Part shown: piece by piece, positions 39,712 to 53,339 of the stretch | Layout of the letters: each line of letters begins with the position of its first letter | How positions within the stretch are numbered: position 1 is the stretch's first letter | Source of the DNA: Octopus vulgaris | Lineage: Eukaryota | Length of the DNA stretch: 64,000 bases | Reading direction: 5' to 3' | NCBI GenBank assembly: GCA_951406725.2 | Contig: OX597814.1 | Span: forward strand, 35,402,001-35,466,000 | Notes under the pieces: model-generated | What the model was told of the DNA's origin: nothing | The model's input: only the letters and a program-made list of their open reading frames with translations | Database searches by the model: none | Position numbers and translations under genes: made by a program

Positions 39712-40315
39712 TGGGGGAGGAGATGAGTCATTTACACTGACCCCTGTGGTCAACTGGTACTTATTTTATCGAGTCCAAAAAGGATGAAAGGTAAAGTCAA
39801 CCTCGGTGGAATTTGAACTCAGAACATAGTGACAGGCAAAATACTGCTAAGTATTTCATCCAGTGTGCTAACAATTCTGCCAGCTTGAGGGCAATGCTTG
39901 AAATATTTTTGGGATTAGTAGGGCTAGTTGCTTACATTAACTTCAGTGCTCATCAATACTGAAAGGATGAGAGACAAATCAACCTGGGCAGAATTTTGAC
40001 AATTACTGTCCACATCCTTAGAAAAACCCTATCAATTTAAATGTATGTGTTGTATTACATGAAGATTAAAAGTAAATAATAACAATAATAATAATGATGA
40101 TGATTTCAAATTTTGGCTCAAGGCCAGCAATTTTGGAGAAGGGGCTAAGTTGATTACATTAACCTCAGTACTGAGCTGATACTTATTTTATCAACCCCGA
40201 AAAGCTGAAGAGCAAAGCCGAACTCAGTGGATTCTAAACACAGATTTTAAAGACAGATGAAATGCTTTACAGCATTTTGTCTGCTGTACTCACAATTCTG
40301 CTGGCTCAGCACCTA
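39712..40315 (-). mobile_element. Cluster of SINE family C copies (39712-39887 and 40105-40315)
   Basis: Reverse-complement similarity to 35432-35650. Confidence 0.75.
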
Positions 40316-40366
40316 AACAACAACAACAAACATATAATCAACACAATTATATTTTAAATAATAATA

Positions 40367-40415
<49 letters not shown>

Positions 40416-40859
40416 TGATGATGATGATGATGATGACAGTGAGGATGATGCATCATAAAATGAAGACAATCTATCATCAGTTTGGTATGTATATTTTTTT
40501 TTCTGGGAAGAATGACTAGTAACTGTCACTCCACAAGTCTTCTTAATAACATGGGAGATGAAATATTGTTCCCAGACATTAAAAGAGGAAAAAAAAATAT
40601 ACATTAAACATTGTAAAAATGAAGGTTTTATACCTAAATGACAACATCAAATTCTTTTAGGTCTTGTAGGAGAAAATCTGTAAAAGATAGAAATACTGTG
40701 GTAGTATTAGTAGCAGCAATATCTCATATTCTTTTGAGTTTTCAGGATGTTACTGAAGGAAAGATTTGTCTTCGTGTAGATGTGAGTGGTTGGTGTAGAG
40801 TAATTTTCTTTTACCACATTTGAGCTCAAGGGAGGATTTCTTTAAGAAGCTTAACATTT

Positions 40860-40891
40860 ATCATCATCATCATTATCATTATTATTATTAC

Positions 40892-40954
<63 letters not shown>

Positions 40955-41068
40955 TATTATTATTATTATTATTATTACCATTATTATTATTATTATTATT
41001 GTTATTACTATCATCATCATCGTTATTACTGTTGCTGCTGCTGCTTCTGTTGTTGTTATTGTTATTAC

Positions 41069-41101
<33 letters not shown>
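40860..41101. repeat. (ATT)n compound trinucleotide microsatellite
   Basis: Directly visible. Confidence 0.95.
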
Positions 41102-41899
41102 GGCCATCAGCCGAGGAAGCCTCACTTGACCTTGACTCCATATTTTGTTTTTGAAAATTGTCAGTTTGCTCCAGAAAATAGTAGTGCTTTCCTGTCATTT
41201 TCAACCAGGGTAGAGAATAAAGGATTCTTCTTCTGCTGGTGAGTTCCTTTTTTTGTTAAATATCCCTCTATTTCTTGGGGGACTTATCTAATTTATTCCA
41301 TTTATTATTTCACGTGGAAAAATTTTGAATTTTTGCTCAATGGCAGCAACAAATAGTTTCGAGGAAGTTTCAGTCATTGATGAGAAAGGGGGAGAGACAG
41401 AGAGGTGCCTTGTCACAAAAATGAGAGAAGGTAACATTTCTTCGCAAAACAAGATGACCATCTCAGTCGCAAACAACAACTCTGACATCACTGCCACCAT
41501 CACCTCAGCCATGACCACTACAAGCAACAAGAACAGCAATAGTAGCAGTAACAATAACAACAACAGTAAAGCTTTGAAGAGAGAGAAAAATAAGTAGTAC
41601 AGCTATAATATAAATGATTTCCCTCCATTAGCAAGTAGCTTGACTACTTCGGTCAACAATATGAACATCGCCACAACAATAGTGTTGCTTTGGCTCCGAC
41701 TAACAGTAACAATGAGAGGAACAACATCAGCAATAAAAACGATATAGTCAACACCAACAATAATAGCAACCATAGAAACAACTCCTTTGCAGGAGTAACA
41801 AAACTGCAGTAGCAAATTTCCCTGGAAGGAAAACATGTTTACCTGGGTGAAGCAGAAAAACTCCTCAATAGAAGGGATAGGAAAACCAAGCCTGCTATC

Positions 41900-43400
41900 C
41901 CTTCAAATTTGATGAAGATGGCCAAAAGGACTATAGTATACAGATGTGTGTCACTAAAAACGAGGAAAATTTTCAAAGTGCTATACATCCAAGTAGAAAA
42001 ATGCTTGATGGACATTTGGACTCACACAAGGAAGACAATATGGTTCTGTGGGAGTGAGGTTACTAATGGAAGAACTGGTCCAGAAACACTCAATGGTCCA
42101 GTGCAAACACATGAATCTTCTCCTTCCCACATATCCTGGATGACAGGTGGTGAAAGTTAAAATATCAGATGTACCACCAGAATTAGACATTTGGTGGTTG
42201 GTTGCATGCGCTGTGGTGGAAGACCTCGATTTGCTTCTAGAAATTAAAAAATATTGGAAAGAGAACTGGTCCGGAATTGGGTTGGAATTTTTGATCCAGG
42301 TAAAACTGGAATCCCTGAATAAGGTCCCTGACCTTATAGAGCTGCCCAACGGAGCTCAATTCCAGGTTGTAGTGGAAAACAGAAAGCCAAAGTGCCACAC
42401 TTGTGGGTATAACCCACATTAGAAGGTCCTCTGCCCATAACAACAACAAAATGGAGCTCAAAGAATGGCGGTTCTGCTACCACCACCAGGTTGATAAGAA
42501 CTGGGATGAGATAGCGAATGGAGTGGTCAGTCTTACCCAGAAATAGGCTGAGAGGAAGCTGTCCCTGAAAATGGTTACATCACCTCCGTTATCATTTATT
42601 ATCTGACTGTTATGCCGTGTTCTGGTTACTGCTTGACCAGGTTGGAGCATCTCTTATTTAAATTCTTGAGGAAGGGATGTGTTTCAATGGTTAGTCTGTT
42701 ACCAGCATCCTCTGAATGGCAGATTAGGTATGCTGTGGCTCTTATGTGCAGACATGCACTTAGGTTATGCTACCTGCAACGATTTCTGCACAGTGAGCGT
42801 TTGTGCGCTCCGTTTGCAAGGCTCATCTTTCCTCAGCTTGTCTCCTTGACGGAACTGCAATCCTTGGTGAAGAAAAGATCAAGACTGGGTGCCTGGCACC
42901 TAGAATGTCATCAGGCATTCATAGCCCTCTACCAGTTGGGTAATGGGATTGGCGGATGTTCTGCTTTAAAAATTTATAGACGATTGGTCACGGGGAAGTC
43001 TGATGACATTCTCAAGGATACTCTGAGTGTGGATGAGAATAAACTGGCTAGTCTGTTCTGGAGGACTTTCCAGTAAGGAACTATTATAGATATTTTCCAG
43101 ATGTCCTTGGTCTGACAGTGCTATAGAGGGGTGCTACAAGTTCAAGAAAAACCCTATAGGTATGGATGTGCTCTCAGATGGTCTTGTCCGAGGTGTGTGC
43201 AGAGTGACAAAACCATTCTGCATGCCCTCTTTGAGTGTCCGGGTATTGCTGACATGTGGGGTTATATCGAATAGCTGCTATCATGTGTGGGATGACCGAG
43301 TCTCTAGTGACGATCGCCCAGCTGCCCTCCTTCAATTGGGCAGCCAAAGCAGTTTTCTTTTGCCTGCTGGCTGTGACTAAAGAAGATGTTTAGTGGACAA
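41900..43400 (+). pseudogene. Internally deleted Tx1/L1-clade LINE relic (ORF1 zinc knuckle plus ORF2 C-terminus)
   Basis: RKPKCHTCGYNPH*KVLC fits CX2CX4HX4C; downstream CPRCVQSDKTILHALFECPGIADMW fits the L1/Tx1 C-terminal CCHC. Confidence 0.75.
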
Positions 43401-43887
43401 CAAAGCTACACAGTAACAGCAGCAGCAAAACAATGACAGCGACAGCAAGAACAACAGCAACAGCAACAATGGCAATATTGATTTGACAAAGTTCATGACA
43501 GGTCAACATAGTCAACAACATATTGCTGGCACGGTGCCAAAGTCAACAAAATACTTGTGATTCTCCCTCAAGAGACTAGGGAGGCAGAACTTGCGGGAGG
43601 AGAATCCATGCAGCTACTGTAGCTGAGGTTTTGGTGACAACTGCTTAGAAAATTGGGCTGTATCTTTGAGTGCTAGAAAAGCGGTAATGTCTAGAAGCAG
43701 CAGTATACACCCAGGGAGAAAGAACCCTCGAAGATATATGAGTAAACATTAAACATGTGACCAGAATAAGGTAGATCAAGAGTATAGTTGTCCTTTTCAA
43801 ATATGAAGCCCTTGCACTGGCAATGTCTATAACAGGGAACTCACCTAACATTCAAATATGTTGGGTAAAGGGTAAAAGGGTAAAGGC

Positions 43888-44175
43888 TCTCTTTGGCCAT
43901 GAATGACCAGTGGATTGCCCCTAGAAAGTTACCCTTCGATGCACAAGTCCAAGCAAGGTTGCTTATTGAGGACCAGCAGTTGCCCATGCATGCCAACCTC
44001 TCTTCTCCACGTCACCAATGTGATCTAAGGGAAACGCAAAGGCCAAAGCAGCTTGGTACCAGTGATATCACAACTAATTTCTACAGTTGAGGGAACTGGA
44101 GCAATGTGAAATAAAGTATCTTGCTGAAGAACATAACACACAGCCAGGTCCAGGAATTAAACTCACTCTCTCATG
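43888..44175 (-). mobile_element. SINE family B (diverged)
   Basis: Matches 10051-10389. Confidence 0.8.
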
Positions 44176-45109
44176 TTAGTGATCCCCACACTAACGGGAA
44201 TAAAAATTAACCAAAAGAAATCATTGGAAATGCAACTTGGCATGTGCTGAGACAGGCTCATGCCATCCAACAGTGTTGTAGGGGAGCAAGATAGATGGAT
44301 ACACTCATTAGCTGCAAACAGTTCTTTGCAACCTACAATCAAGCATAGACTAAGGCAGACAGGCTCACTCCAAAGCACCATCAAGTACTCACTGCCCTCT
44401 GCCAGTTGGACAATGTGGTTGAGCTATGCACTCTTATCCATTACTAATCCTTTATAGAACACCATGGTGTCCTATAGAAGACTAGTGGTAGGTAAAGAGC
44501 AATGATGTTCTCTGGGAAATTTTGCAAGGTAATGAAGTCAACTCACTGGTCTTTTCGAGAGGACATTCAGATCAGGGCCCATGGAAAATTTCCAGAAATC
44601 CCTAGCTTCCCAGTGCTACCTGAGATAGCTTAAGATCTGTGGGATTCCTTGACCACCCCAGAATAGTGTTTCCTGGGGAGTTCAGTTGTTTGGACCTTGT
44701 TGCTGACTTTATTAATTTCATTAACACTGTCTGATTTTAGCAATTTTATGTAAATCCCCACCTTCTTTGTTTTTTTTTTGAAATTGCATCAATGTTTACA
44801 GCCCTAATAGCCATTATTATTATTATGAGTTTGATTTTTGCTTTGTATTTGTACAAGTTGGCTCCAGGTCTCACCCAGAGACCTCCAAGAGAATACAAGT
44901 TAGAAGTTGAAGCTTGTATTATGACTAGGATACCATATTTTTGGTCTTGCACAAAGTATTGTTCTTGAGAGTGTCTGTCAAAACAAAATTAAAAGTTTGT
45001 TTTAAAAGTAATTTGATCATAAGATGATTGTATGATCTTAGGATGACAGTAAAATGTTACGAGGGGGGTAGTTACCTGTTCAAGATAAACTTTACAGGCA
45101 CAGAAGTGA

Positions 45110-45470
45110 CGTCAGCTGGGCCTGCGTAAGGTGTGCCCAGAATTTATGAAACTGTTCTGCATATCCTAGTTCAGTGCCCAAGTATTGCTGACCCATGGGC
45201 TCATACATTATTTACATTTGACGGGTATTTATCCGCATTTTGTTTGTTGTTAACACAGCATTTTGGCTGATATACCCTCCAGCCTTCATCAGGTGTCTTG
45301 GGGAAATTTCAAACCTGGTTCTCATTCCTAAGGTATTTTTTGATATTATTATTATTATTATTGAGGGTGGAGAGGGAAGTGTTGTCTTCTAGCAAGTTTG
45401 TTGAAAGGTGGGTGAATGTTGGAAGAATGGCCAGTGTGAAAGGACCAATTTTGAGCGTACACCTGTAAAA
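45110..45470 (+). pseudogene. Tx1-like ORF2 C-terminal fragment interrupted by an HHR-bearing PLE tail
   Basis: CVRC...ETVLHILVQCPSIADPW, then LRVEREVLSSSKFVERWVNV. Confidence 0.6.
45206..45360 (-). mobile_element. PLE 3' tail with decayed minimal HHR (45252-45297)
   Basis: Copy of 25613-25770: GACAC-CTGATGA-AGGCTG..CAGCC-AAAA-TGCT-GTGTT. Confidence 0.8.
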
Positions 45471-46494
45471 GAAGGGAATTAAAGGAGAAGGGCTCTTGCC
45501 ATGTTGATCAAGCCCCCATGGTTTTTGTGAGTTTTTCCACGAGGATGTTAAAGTTTTAATTTATTTAATTTTTTATTGCTATGCTTTGTTTACATGCAGA
45601 AAACCTATTGTATCGTCCTGTTTTTGTCTTTTATTATTAAGACAGAATTGTTAGCATGCTCAGCCAAAACGCTTAGTGACATTTTATCCATCTTTATGTT
45701 CTGAGTTCAGATTCCACTGAGGTTGACTTTGCCTTTTGTCCTATCTGGGTCGATGAAATAAGTAACAGTTGAACATTAGGAGCCATTGTAATTGACTTAT
45801 CTCCTTCCCCAAAATTGCTGTCACCTTTCTCTTTGCCCTTTCCTGGATAATTCTCTGGAGTAAGGAAATAGATAAGAAGTGATTGGTAACCTCACTTACC
45901 CTTCCTCAAATACAAATGTGTGTGTATGTCACTATTGTATAATGCAATGCAGCTGATTCTAAGCAAGAGAGAGAGAGAGAGAGAGAGAAGAATCAAGCCC
46001 TAGACTTCATATATCGACCCTTCAAGGATGAATAACAAAATTGACATTCAGGGGATTTGAACTTATATTGTAAGAAGCCCTGAGAAATACAAGGCATTTT
46101 TCCAATTCTCTAACAATTCTGTTAATCGACCATTCTAGTCACTCAATTATTATACAATGCCAATAATAAGTGAGTTAAGGCCTTGTATCTATGTGAGAAA
46201 TCAATATGTCAGTTGAAAGAGTGACTTATTTATGACAGACTAGAGATATATCAAAGAATAATATTGGTTTCTTTCAGTTAGATAAAAGGTCAATGATTTG
46301 AGTATATTTGAGTGAATAAATCTGAATACTATTATTATTATTATTATTATTATTAATGTCTCCCCACCATTTATAGTATACAGGCATCCCAATATGTTTG
46401 CAAAGCTAGTATTGTATTTTATGGGTCCCCTGTGGTAAACAAAAAAACAATTCTTCTTATTTATATATATATAAATAAAGCAATTATATATATA

Positions 46495-47905
46495 TATAAA
46501 GCAATTAAGGGTCTAAACACAGGGAAAGGCCCCGGTCTATCAGGAGTCACAACAGAGATGCTTAAAATATCTGGCGGTGTAGGCTATAGTCTTGTCACCT
46601 GTATAGTCAATCAGGTGATACATGAAGGAGTCATACTCAATGACTGGTATAGCAGTATCATAGTCAACTGCTACAAAGGTAAAAGTGAAGCATTAGATAG
46701 GAATAATTACAGAGGTATCAAATTGTGGGACCAGGTGATGAAAGCCATGGACAGGGCCATAGCCCAACTAATTAGGGAGAGAGTTAGTTTATACAAGATG
46801 CAGCTAGGGTTTGTACCACGGAGAAGCACCACTGATGTTATATTTCTAGTAAGACAGTTGCAGAAGAAATTCCTAGCCAAAGATAAACCTCTGTACTTGT
46901 CTTTCATTGACATGGAGAAAGCCTTCAACTATCTGGTGGTCAATGCAGAAACTAGGGGTAAATAAGTGGTTGGTGAGAGCTGTACAAGCCATGTACAGAG
47001 ATGCTGTTGGTAAAGTGAGGGTTGGCAACGAGTATAGTGAAGGATTCCAGGTAGAAGTTGGAGTGCACCAAGGATCAGTCCTCAGCCCTGTGTTTTTCAT
47101 CATAGTCCTCCTGGCAATAACAGAGGAATTCAAGACAAGCTGCCCCTGGGAGCTCCTCTATGCTGATGACCTTGCTCTAATAACTGAGTCACTACCAGAA
47201 CTAGAGGTACTTAGAGCAAATCTAGCAGAAACTAAAGTCTTAGTAGGAAGGCAGACAAATCATAAACCCCTCCAGATAGATGTCTCTCTCGATCTGCAGA
47301 AAAGGTGTAGGTAGAAACTCCATAAGATGTATCTGTTGTGAGCTGTGGACATAGAAGAGGTGCAGCAATATCAAAGGAAGGTTAACTGGGAAGCTAGTTT
47401 TTGTGTGTGGAAGATGCACAGGTACAATAAACACCAAAGATGTACAGAAAATAGATTCCATCACATGCTAGGGGGAAAACCAGAAGTATTTGATAGCTTC
47501 TGTTACCTAGGTGACTAAGTCAGTAGCAGGGTCTCACAGAAGCAATGACAAGTGACCAAGACCTTTGGAAATATGCTGTGCTTGAGAAGACCTGTGGAGT
47601 CAAGTGAAATTTTGATCGTGGCTGATGCCAGTGTTGCCTGACTGACACCTGTGCTGGTGGCACATAAAAAGAACCTTTCAAGCGTGGTCATTGCCAGTGT
47701 TGCCTGACTGGCTCCCATGCCAGTGATATATAAAAAGCACCAACTACATTCTCAGAATGGTTGTTATTAGGAAGGGCATCCAGCTGTAGAAACATTGCCA
47801 GAATAGTTTGGAGCCTGGTGCAGCCTCCTGACTTGCCAGTCCTCAGTCAAACCGTTCAACCCATGCCAGCATGGAAAGCAGACGTTAAACGATGGTGATG
47901 ATGAT
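46495..47905 (+). pseudogene. RTE-clade LINE fragment: reverse transcriptase plus 3' tail
   Basis: GKGPGLSG...NYRGIKL...QLGFVPRRSTTDVIF...FIDMEKAF...GVHQGSVLSP...LLYADDL; frameshifted; ends in (GAT)n. Confidence 0.92.
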
Positions 47906-48112
47906 GAGCTGGCAGAAATGTTAGCATGCCAGGGGAAATGCTCAGCAGAATTTCGTCTGTTTTTACATTCCGAGTTCAAATTCCACTGAGGTCGACTTTG
48001 CTTTTCATCCTTTCTGGGTTGATAAATTAGGTACCAGTTGTGTACTGGGATTGATTTAACTGACTGGACCCCCTCCCCAAAAGTCTTGGGCCTTGTCCCT
48101 AGAATAGAAAAG
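47905..48112 (+). mobile_element. SINE family C
   Basis: Matches 35432-35650. Confidence 0.85.
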
Positions 48113-48161
48113 GATGATGTTGATATATAATTCATTTCATTTTTACACATTTATATATATA

Positions 48162-49422
48162 CAGGTGTTGGACAAAATAATGGAAACATCTAGCATCATA
48201 ATTTTGAAATATCTATAAAACCATTAAACGCTTGTTTATTTTTATGTTTTTTTTATTTATTATTAGTGTTGCTTAAAACGTTTTGCTAAAATTGCTGTTT
48301 CTTTTCAGATATCATCAGAAAAAGGTAATTAAAATTCATTAAAATGACAGATCTAGCGGACTTTCAAAGAGGTCAAATTGTTGGTGCTCGTATGGCAGGT
48401 ACTAGTGTAATGAAAACAGCTGAAATGTTTGGTGTATCAAGAAGCATTGTCCCGAAAGTAATGACAACCTTTGAGAAAGAGGGAAAAACTTCCTCATTGA
48501 AACAAAACTCTGGAAGAAAACCAAAACTTTCAGATAGGGACCATTGGACTCTTATGCGAATTGTTAGAAAGGATCACAAAACTACAGCTCCCAAAATTAC
48601 TGCAAACCTTAATGACCATCTCAGTTATCCAGTTTCTGCAAAAACTGTTTGCTGGGAGCTGCAGAAAGCTGGATCTCACGGGAGGGCTGCAATCAGAAAA
48701 CCACTACTTTCAAAAACATACGCTGCAAAGTGTTTAGAGTTGAGTAAAAAAGTACAGAATTAGTCCCTAGAGCAGTGGAAGAATGTTATTTTCTTGGACG
48801 AATCATCTATTACCCTATTTCTGTCCACCATCTGAGTATATGTGTGGAGACAGCCAAAAGAATCATTTGACCCTGACTGCTTTCTTCCAACTGTTAAACA
48901 TGTCAGAGGATCTGTGATGATCTGGGGGGGCTATATCTTGGAAATCCACCAGCCCAATGACTTCCCTTCATGGCAAAATTAATAGTCATGACTATTTAAG
49001 CATTTTATCTGATCAAATTCATCCTATGGTCGTGGAACTGTTTCTGGAGGGAAAGACAATCTTTCAGGATGATAATGCACCAATTCACACAGCTACAGTT
49101 GTTACTGAATGGCACAAGGAACATTCTAGTGAAGTTGAACATCTTATTGGCCACCACAGTCCCCAGATCTCAATATTATTGAACATTTATGGTACGTTTT
49201 AGAAAAACAATTAAGGAGTCAATATCCTCCCATCATCACTACAAGAACTGGAGACTGTTTTAGCTGAAGAAGGACAAAAATTCTTTTGGAAACAATTCAA
49301 ACTTTGTATGAGTTCAAACCTTATAGAATTCAAGCTGTAATTACTGCCAAAGGCAGTCCTACCTCATGTTAAAATAAATTTGTTTGAAATATTAAGGTGT
49401 TTCCATTATTTTGTCCAATCCG
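48162..49422 (+). mobile_element. Tc1/mariner transposon, full length, with decayed transposase (48344-~49372)
   Basis: TIR core TTGGACAAAATAATGGAAACA at both ends and TA flanks; HTH region with GRKPKLS, then FLDES, FQDDNAPIH, SPDLNIIEH. Confidence 0.93.
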
Positions 49423-49437
49423 TATATATATATATAT

Positions 49438-50207
49438 ACAATTCATAAATAAGGGTAAACAAAAAAATATCTAATGCCAAATATGCCGAAAAATTGGACA
49501 TATTGTCCATTAACCATATAATTCTTTCACATATTTTTGGCATATTTGGCATTAGAAATTTTTTCGTTTGCCCTTATTTATGAATTGTTTATAATTTTAA
49601 CCTTTAGAGGTATTTTTTAATATGCTGGCCATTGATAAAACTTTTTTTTTTTGGAAAAAAATTTTTTTTTAGAAAAAAAAAAAAAAATTTTATCCTACAT
49701 TAGATATAAATTTAAGCGTTCACTTCCGGACTCTTTCACTCTGAGAGCATCAGTTCAAATCGCACATGTCTCGAATGGGCTAGAGTATTTCTACTTTGGA
49801 TGTATTTGGGGTACTTAATTGTGCTCATGACTTAGTGTTTGCTTCTTCCATGGGTATGAGTAAGTATCTCATTTATTTCTTTAGCCACATGTATCACTGA
49901 CGAAGGAAGGCTGTTATAAGCTAACCCTGAAATTAGTCCGATATGGTAATAATGGAATTTTTTAGAAATTTCTGTCCATCTTTTTTCGAGTAGCGTGCGT
50001 ATTGTGAAAGAACTATATGGTTAATGGACAATATGTCCAATTTTTCGGCATATTTGGCATTAGAAATTTTTTCGTTTGCCCTTATTTATGAATTGTTTAT
50101 AATTTTAACCTTTAAAGGTATTTTTTAATATGCTGGCCACTGATAAAATTTTTTTTTGGAAAAGAATTTTTTTTCAAAAAAAAAAAAGAAATTTTATCCT
50201 ACATTAG

Positions 50208-50210
<3 letters not shown>
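49438..50210 (+). mobile_element. Non-coding PLE-type element: inverted piece plus partial tandem pseudo-LTRs
   Basis: 49438-49531 is the reverse complement of ~50003-50097; 49533-49708 is a direct repeat of ~50040-50210; flanked by (TA)n. Confidence 0.85.
49892..49948 (+). ncRNA. Type-I hammerhead ribozyme with intact core
   Basis: TATCA-CTGACGA-AGG.GGCT..AGCT.CCT-GAAA-TT(AGTCC)GA-TA-TGGTA; stems I, II and III can all pair. Confidence 0.78.
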
Positions 50211-50240
<30 letters not shown>

Positions 50241-50254
50241 TATTATACACACAT

Positions 50255-50289
<35 letters not shown>

Positions 50290-50832
50290 GGTGCAGGTGT
50301 TGCCATGTGGATGAGACATTTGCATCCTAATCATGTGATCTCAGGTTCAGTCCTGTGTGCATTACCTTGGGCAAGTGTCAAAGCCATGTGAATGTATTTG
50401 ATAGATATAAACTAAAAGAAGTCTGTCATGTGTTTGTGAGTGTGTATGTGTGTAGTCTTGTACTGACACCATACATCATGATTGCAATCAAACACCACTG
50501 TTCAACAAGTAGTGTTATTTGTTTCCAGTCTTCTGTAACAGAACATGCCTGGTGTTAGGAAATACTATTTGCTTGGAAAGAGGTGAGGGTTCATGACAAG
50601 AAGGGCATCTGGCTGTAGAAAATCTACTTCAACAAATTCCATCTGATCCATGCAAACATAGAAATGCGGACATTAAAACAGTAGCAATGATGATGATGAG
50701 GATAATGATGGTGATGATGATGATGACATATATAATCAATTTTGTAAATGACCAGAAAGATGAGCAACTTTGGAAACAGACGAACTTGGTGTAATAAATA
50801 CCAAAGTATATATATTCTTTATAGGATACATT

Positions 50833-52465
50833 CCTACTGGATTCATTTCTTTCAAGCCTCCACATGTCCCCAGCTGTCACAACCCATGTTTCACTGCCAT
50901 GAAGGAAGGTCAAGTGCGGTTAACAAGCATGGTAGAATCCATTTCTTGTCGAGTTTGAAAATGTGGGGAATTCAATTCTTTGAGTTACAACCTGAAGAAA
51001 ATTTGAGTTCAGCTTTGCAGATAAGTACTTTGTTAAATATATTCTTTCCACTCCATTGTCTGCATTATTTAACTTTATAACCTCATGATTGTTTACACTG
51101 AATGAGAGGTGAGTGCTTTTCAAGAAAATATTATCTGCACAGGTGATACAATATAAAATCACTGATCTGAAATCTCTTATATATTCTTAATAGAATACAT
51201 TCCTGTCTGCCTCTATTTACATTATTCTCAGACAACTTTCAGCAGAGGTGATTCCACTTGAAAACTTTCTATTTTATTCAGAAAACATGTGAAGCCCTTT
51301 AATTGCCAGCTCACAATTTCTGAAACTCATTCATCTGCTAGACAATCATCACCATCATCATCATCACCATCACCATCACCATCACCATCACCATCACCAT
51401 CACCATCATCATCCCCACCACCATCATCATCACCACCACCATCACCACCACCATCATCATCACCACCACCATCATCATCACCACCACCATCATCATCACC
51501 ATCATGTAACATGTTTTCCATGCTGGCATGGGTCGGATGGTTTGACAAGAGCTGGCCAACTGAAGAGCTGCCCAGGCACCATGTCTCTTTTGGCATGGTT
51601 CCTGTGGCTGGATATTCTTCCTAATGCCAACCACTTTACAGAGTGTACTGGGTGCATTTACACAGCACTGGCATGGGTGTGTTTACGCGGTACTGGTATG
51701 GGTGCATTTTACATAGCACCAGCACTCACAAACCCACCAGATTAAGAAAACTCAGCTGGAGAGGAATCCATTGGTCATGCCTCTATGCAAGGACAACCAC
51801 GATTTTACTTAGCTTGACATGTCTTCTCAAGTACAGGAAACTACTAGAAATCACGATCCCCTGTCATCCTCCCTGTGAGGCCCAACATCTCAAGGCCCTT
51901 TCTCACTACATCTTTCTGGGTCTACTCCTTCTACATGTTTCTTCCACAATTAGCTATCAGCACCTTTTGATGCAACTGTCTTTATTCATACACATTGTAT
52001 GTCTGTACCAGTGCAGCCTTCTCTCTAGCACACTACATCAGATGCCTCCTATGCCCAGGTTTTCTCTCAAATCCCTTACACTCTTCTGTAAATGCACATT
52101 ATTCATCCAGAAGAGCCTACTGGATTCACTCCTTTCAAGCCTTCACATGTCCCCAGCAGTCACAGCCCATGTTTCACTGCCATGCAGGAAGGTCAAGGGC
52201 AGTTAACAAACATGGTAGAATCCATTTCTTGTCGAGTATGAACACGTGTGGAATTCAATTCTTTGAGTTACAACTCGAAGAGAATTTAAGTTCAGCTTTG
52301 CAGATAAGTACTTTGTTAAATATATTCTTCCCACACCATTGTTTGCCTTATTTAACATTATAACCTCATGATATGTGTTTACACTGAATGACAGGTGAGT
52401 GTTTTTCATGAAAATATTATCTGCACAGGTGATACAATATAAAATCACTGATCTGAAATTTCTTC
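50833..52465 (+). repeat. ~350-bp direct duplication (50833-51180 and 52116-52465)
   Basis: Direct comparison; each copy includes an RTE truncation junction. Confidence 0.9.
51500..52190 (-). mobile_element. 5'-truncated RTE LINE 3' end
   Basis: HGSETWAVTAGDM*RLER motif followed by the RTE tail and (GAT/GGT)n. Confidence 0.75.
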
Positions 52466-53339
52466 TCAACAGGGAATAAATGAATGTATGCCTCACCTTC
52501 CTGTGCTTCTTTCCCCCCATTTCACTTATTCAAATGTCCTTCCACACACTGATTGGATATTTATATATGTTTACTTTTTTTTTCAGTATCTGTATTAAGT
52601 ATATTAGTCCTGGACAAAATATTAAATAATATTCAGTCGTGAGGCTCCAGCTCATGATTTCAGGAATTTTGAGGTGTATTGAATTAGCTCTTAGTCACCA
52701 CTGATCACAATTCTGCTCTGGCCTGGAATGATAGTACTTGTCATGGGACAAATAGCAGATGACAGTGGCCAAAGCATACAGGACACTGAGGAGAGCTGGT
52801 TAAATAAGCCCTACACCTGAATGGTAAGCTTTAGTGAGTTGGTTAGTAGAGTAAACTGGAAATAAAATAGTAGAAAGCAATGGGAAACTACTGCTGTATC
52901 TTTTCCATGAAAATTCTGAATCTTTAGATTTGGGTATGGAAATCGATGTCTGCTAATATTTGTAAAACCGGCATGATTCATGTAGAGAGAAGCTGAGGAC
53001 ACATCTTCATAATGTATGAATGCAGGTATAATTAAGTGGTTAAGACTTTTGCTATGCAATCATGAGATTGTAGCATCTTAAGCTTGTTATCTTTTACTTT
53101 TGTTTCAAGTTGATCCAAGACTTATGAGAGAAGATGGATAGAAAAAAATAGTGCAGAGTTCATCAGATGAAATTAAGTGCACAAGGCTTGTCGGGGTTAC
53201 ATATAAGAAATATATATGTGTGAAGTATTCATTCACACATTAATTCACTGAATAGAAAGTTCATTTGATCAAACAACTTGAATGCTTATCAAAGCTGTGT
53301 GTATATGTAGGCATATATTTATGGCTGTGTGTACTTCTA

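Noticed and set aside
40820-41242. Poly-Y, poly-N and poly-I ORFs; also poly-S/P/D/G ORFs at 51289-51634 and poly-H at 59992-60300
   Set aside because: Trinucleotide microsatellite artefacts.
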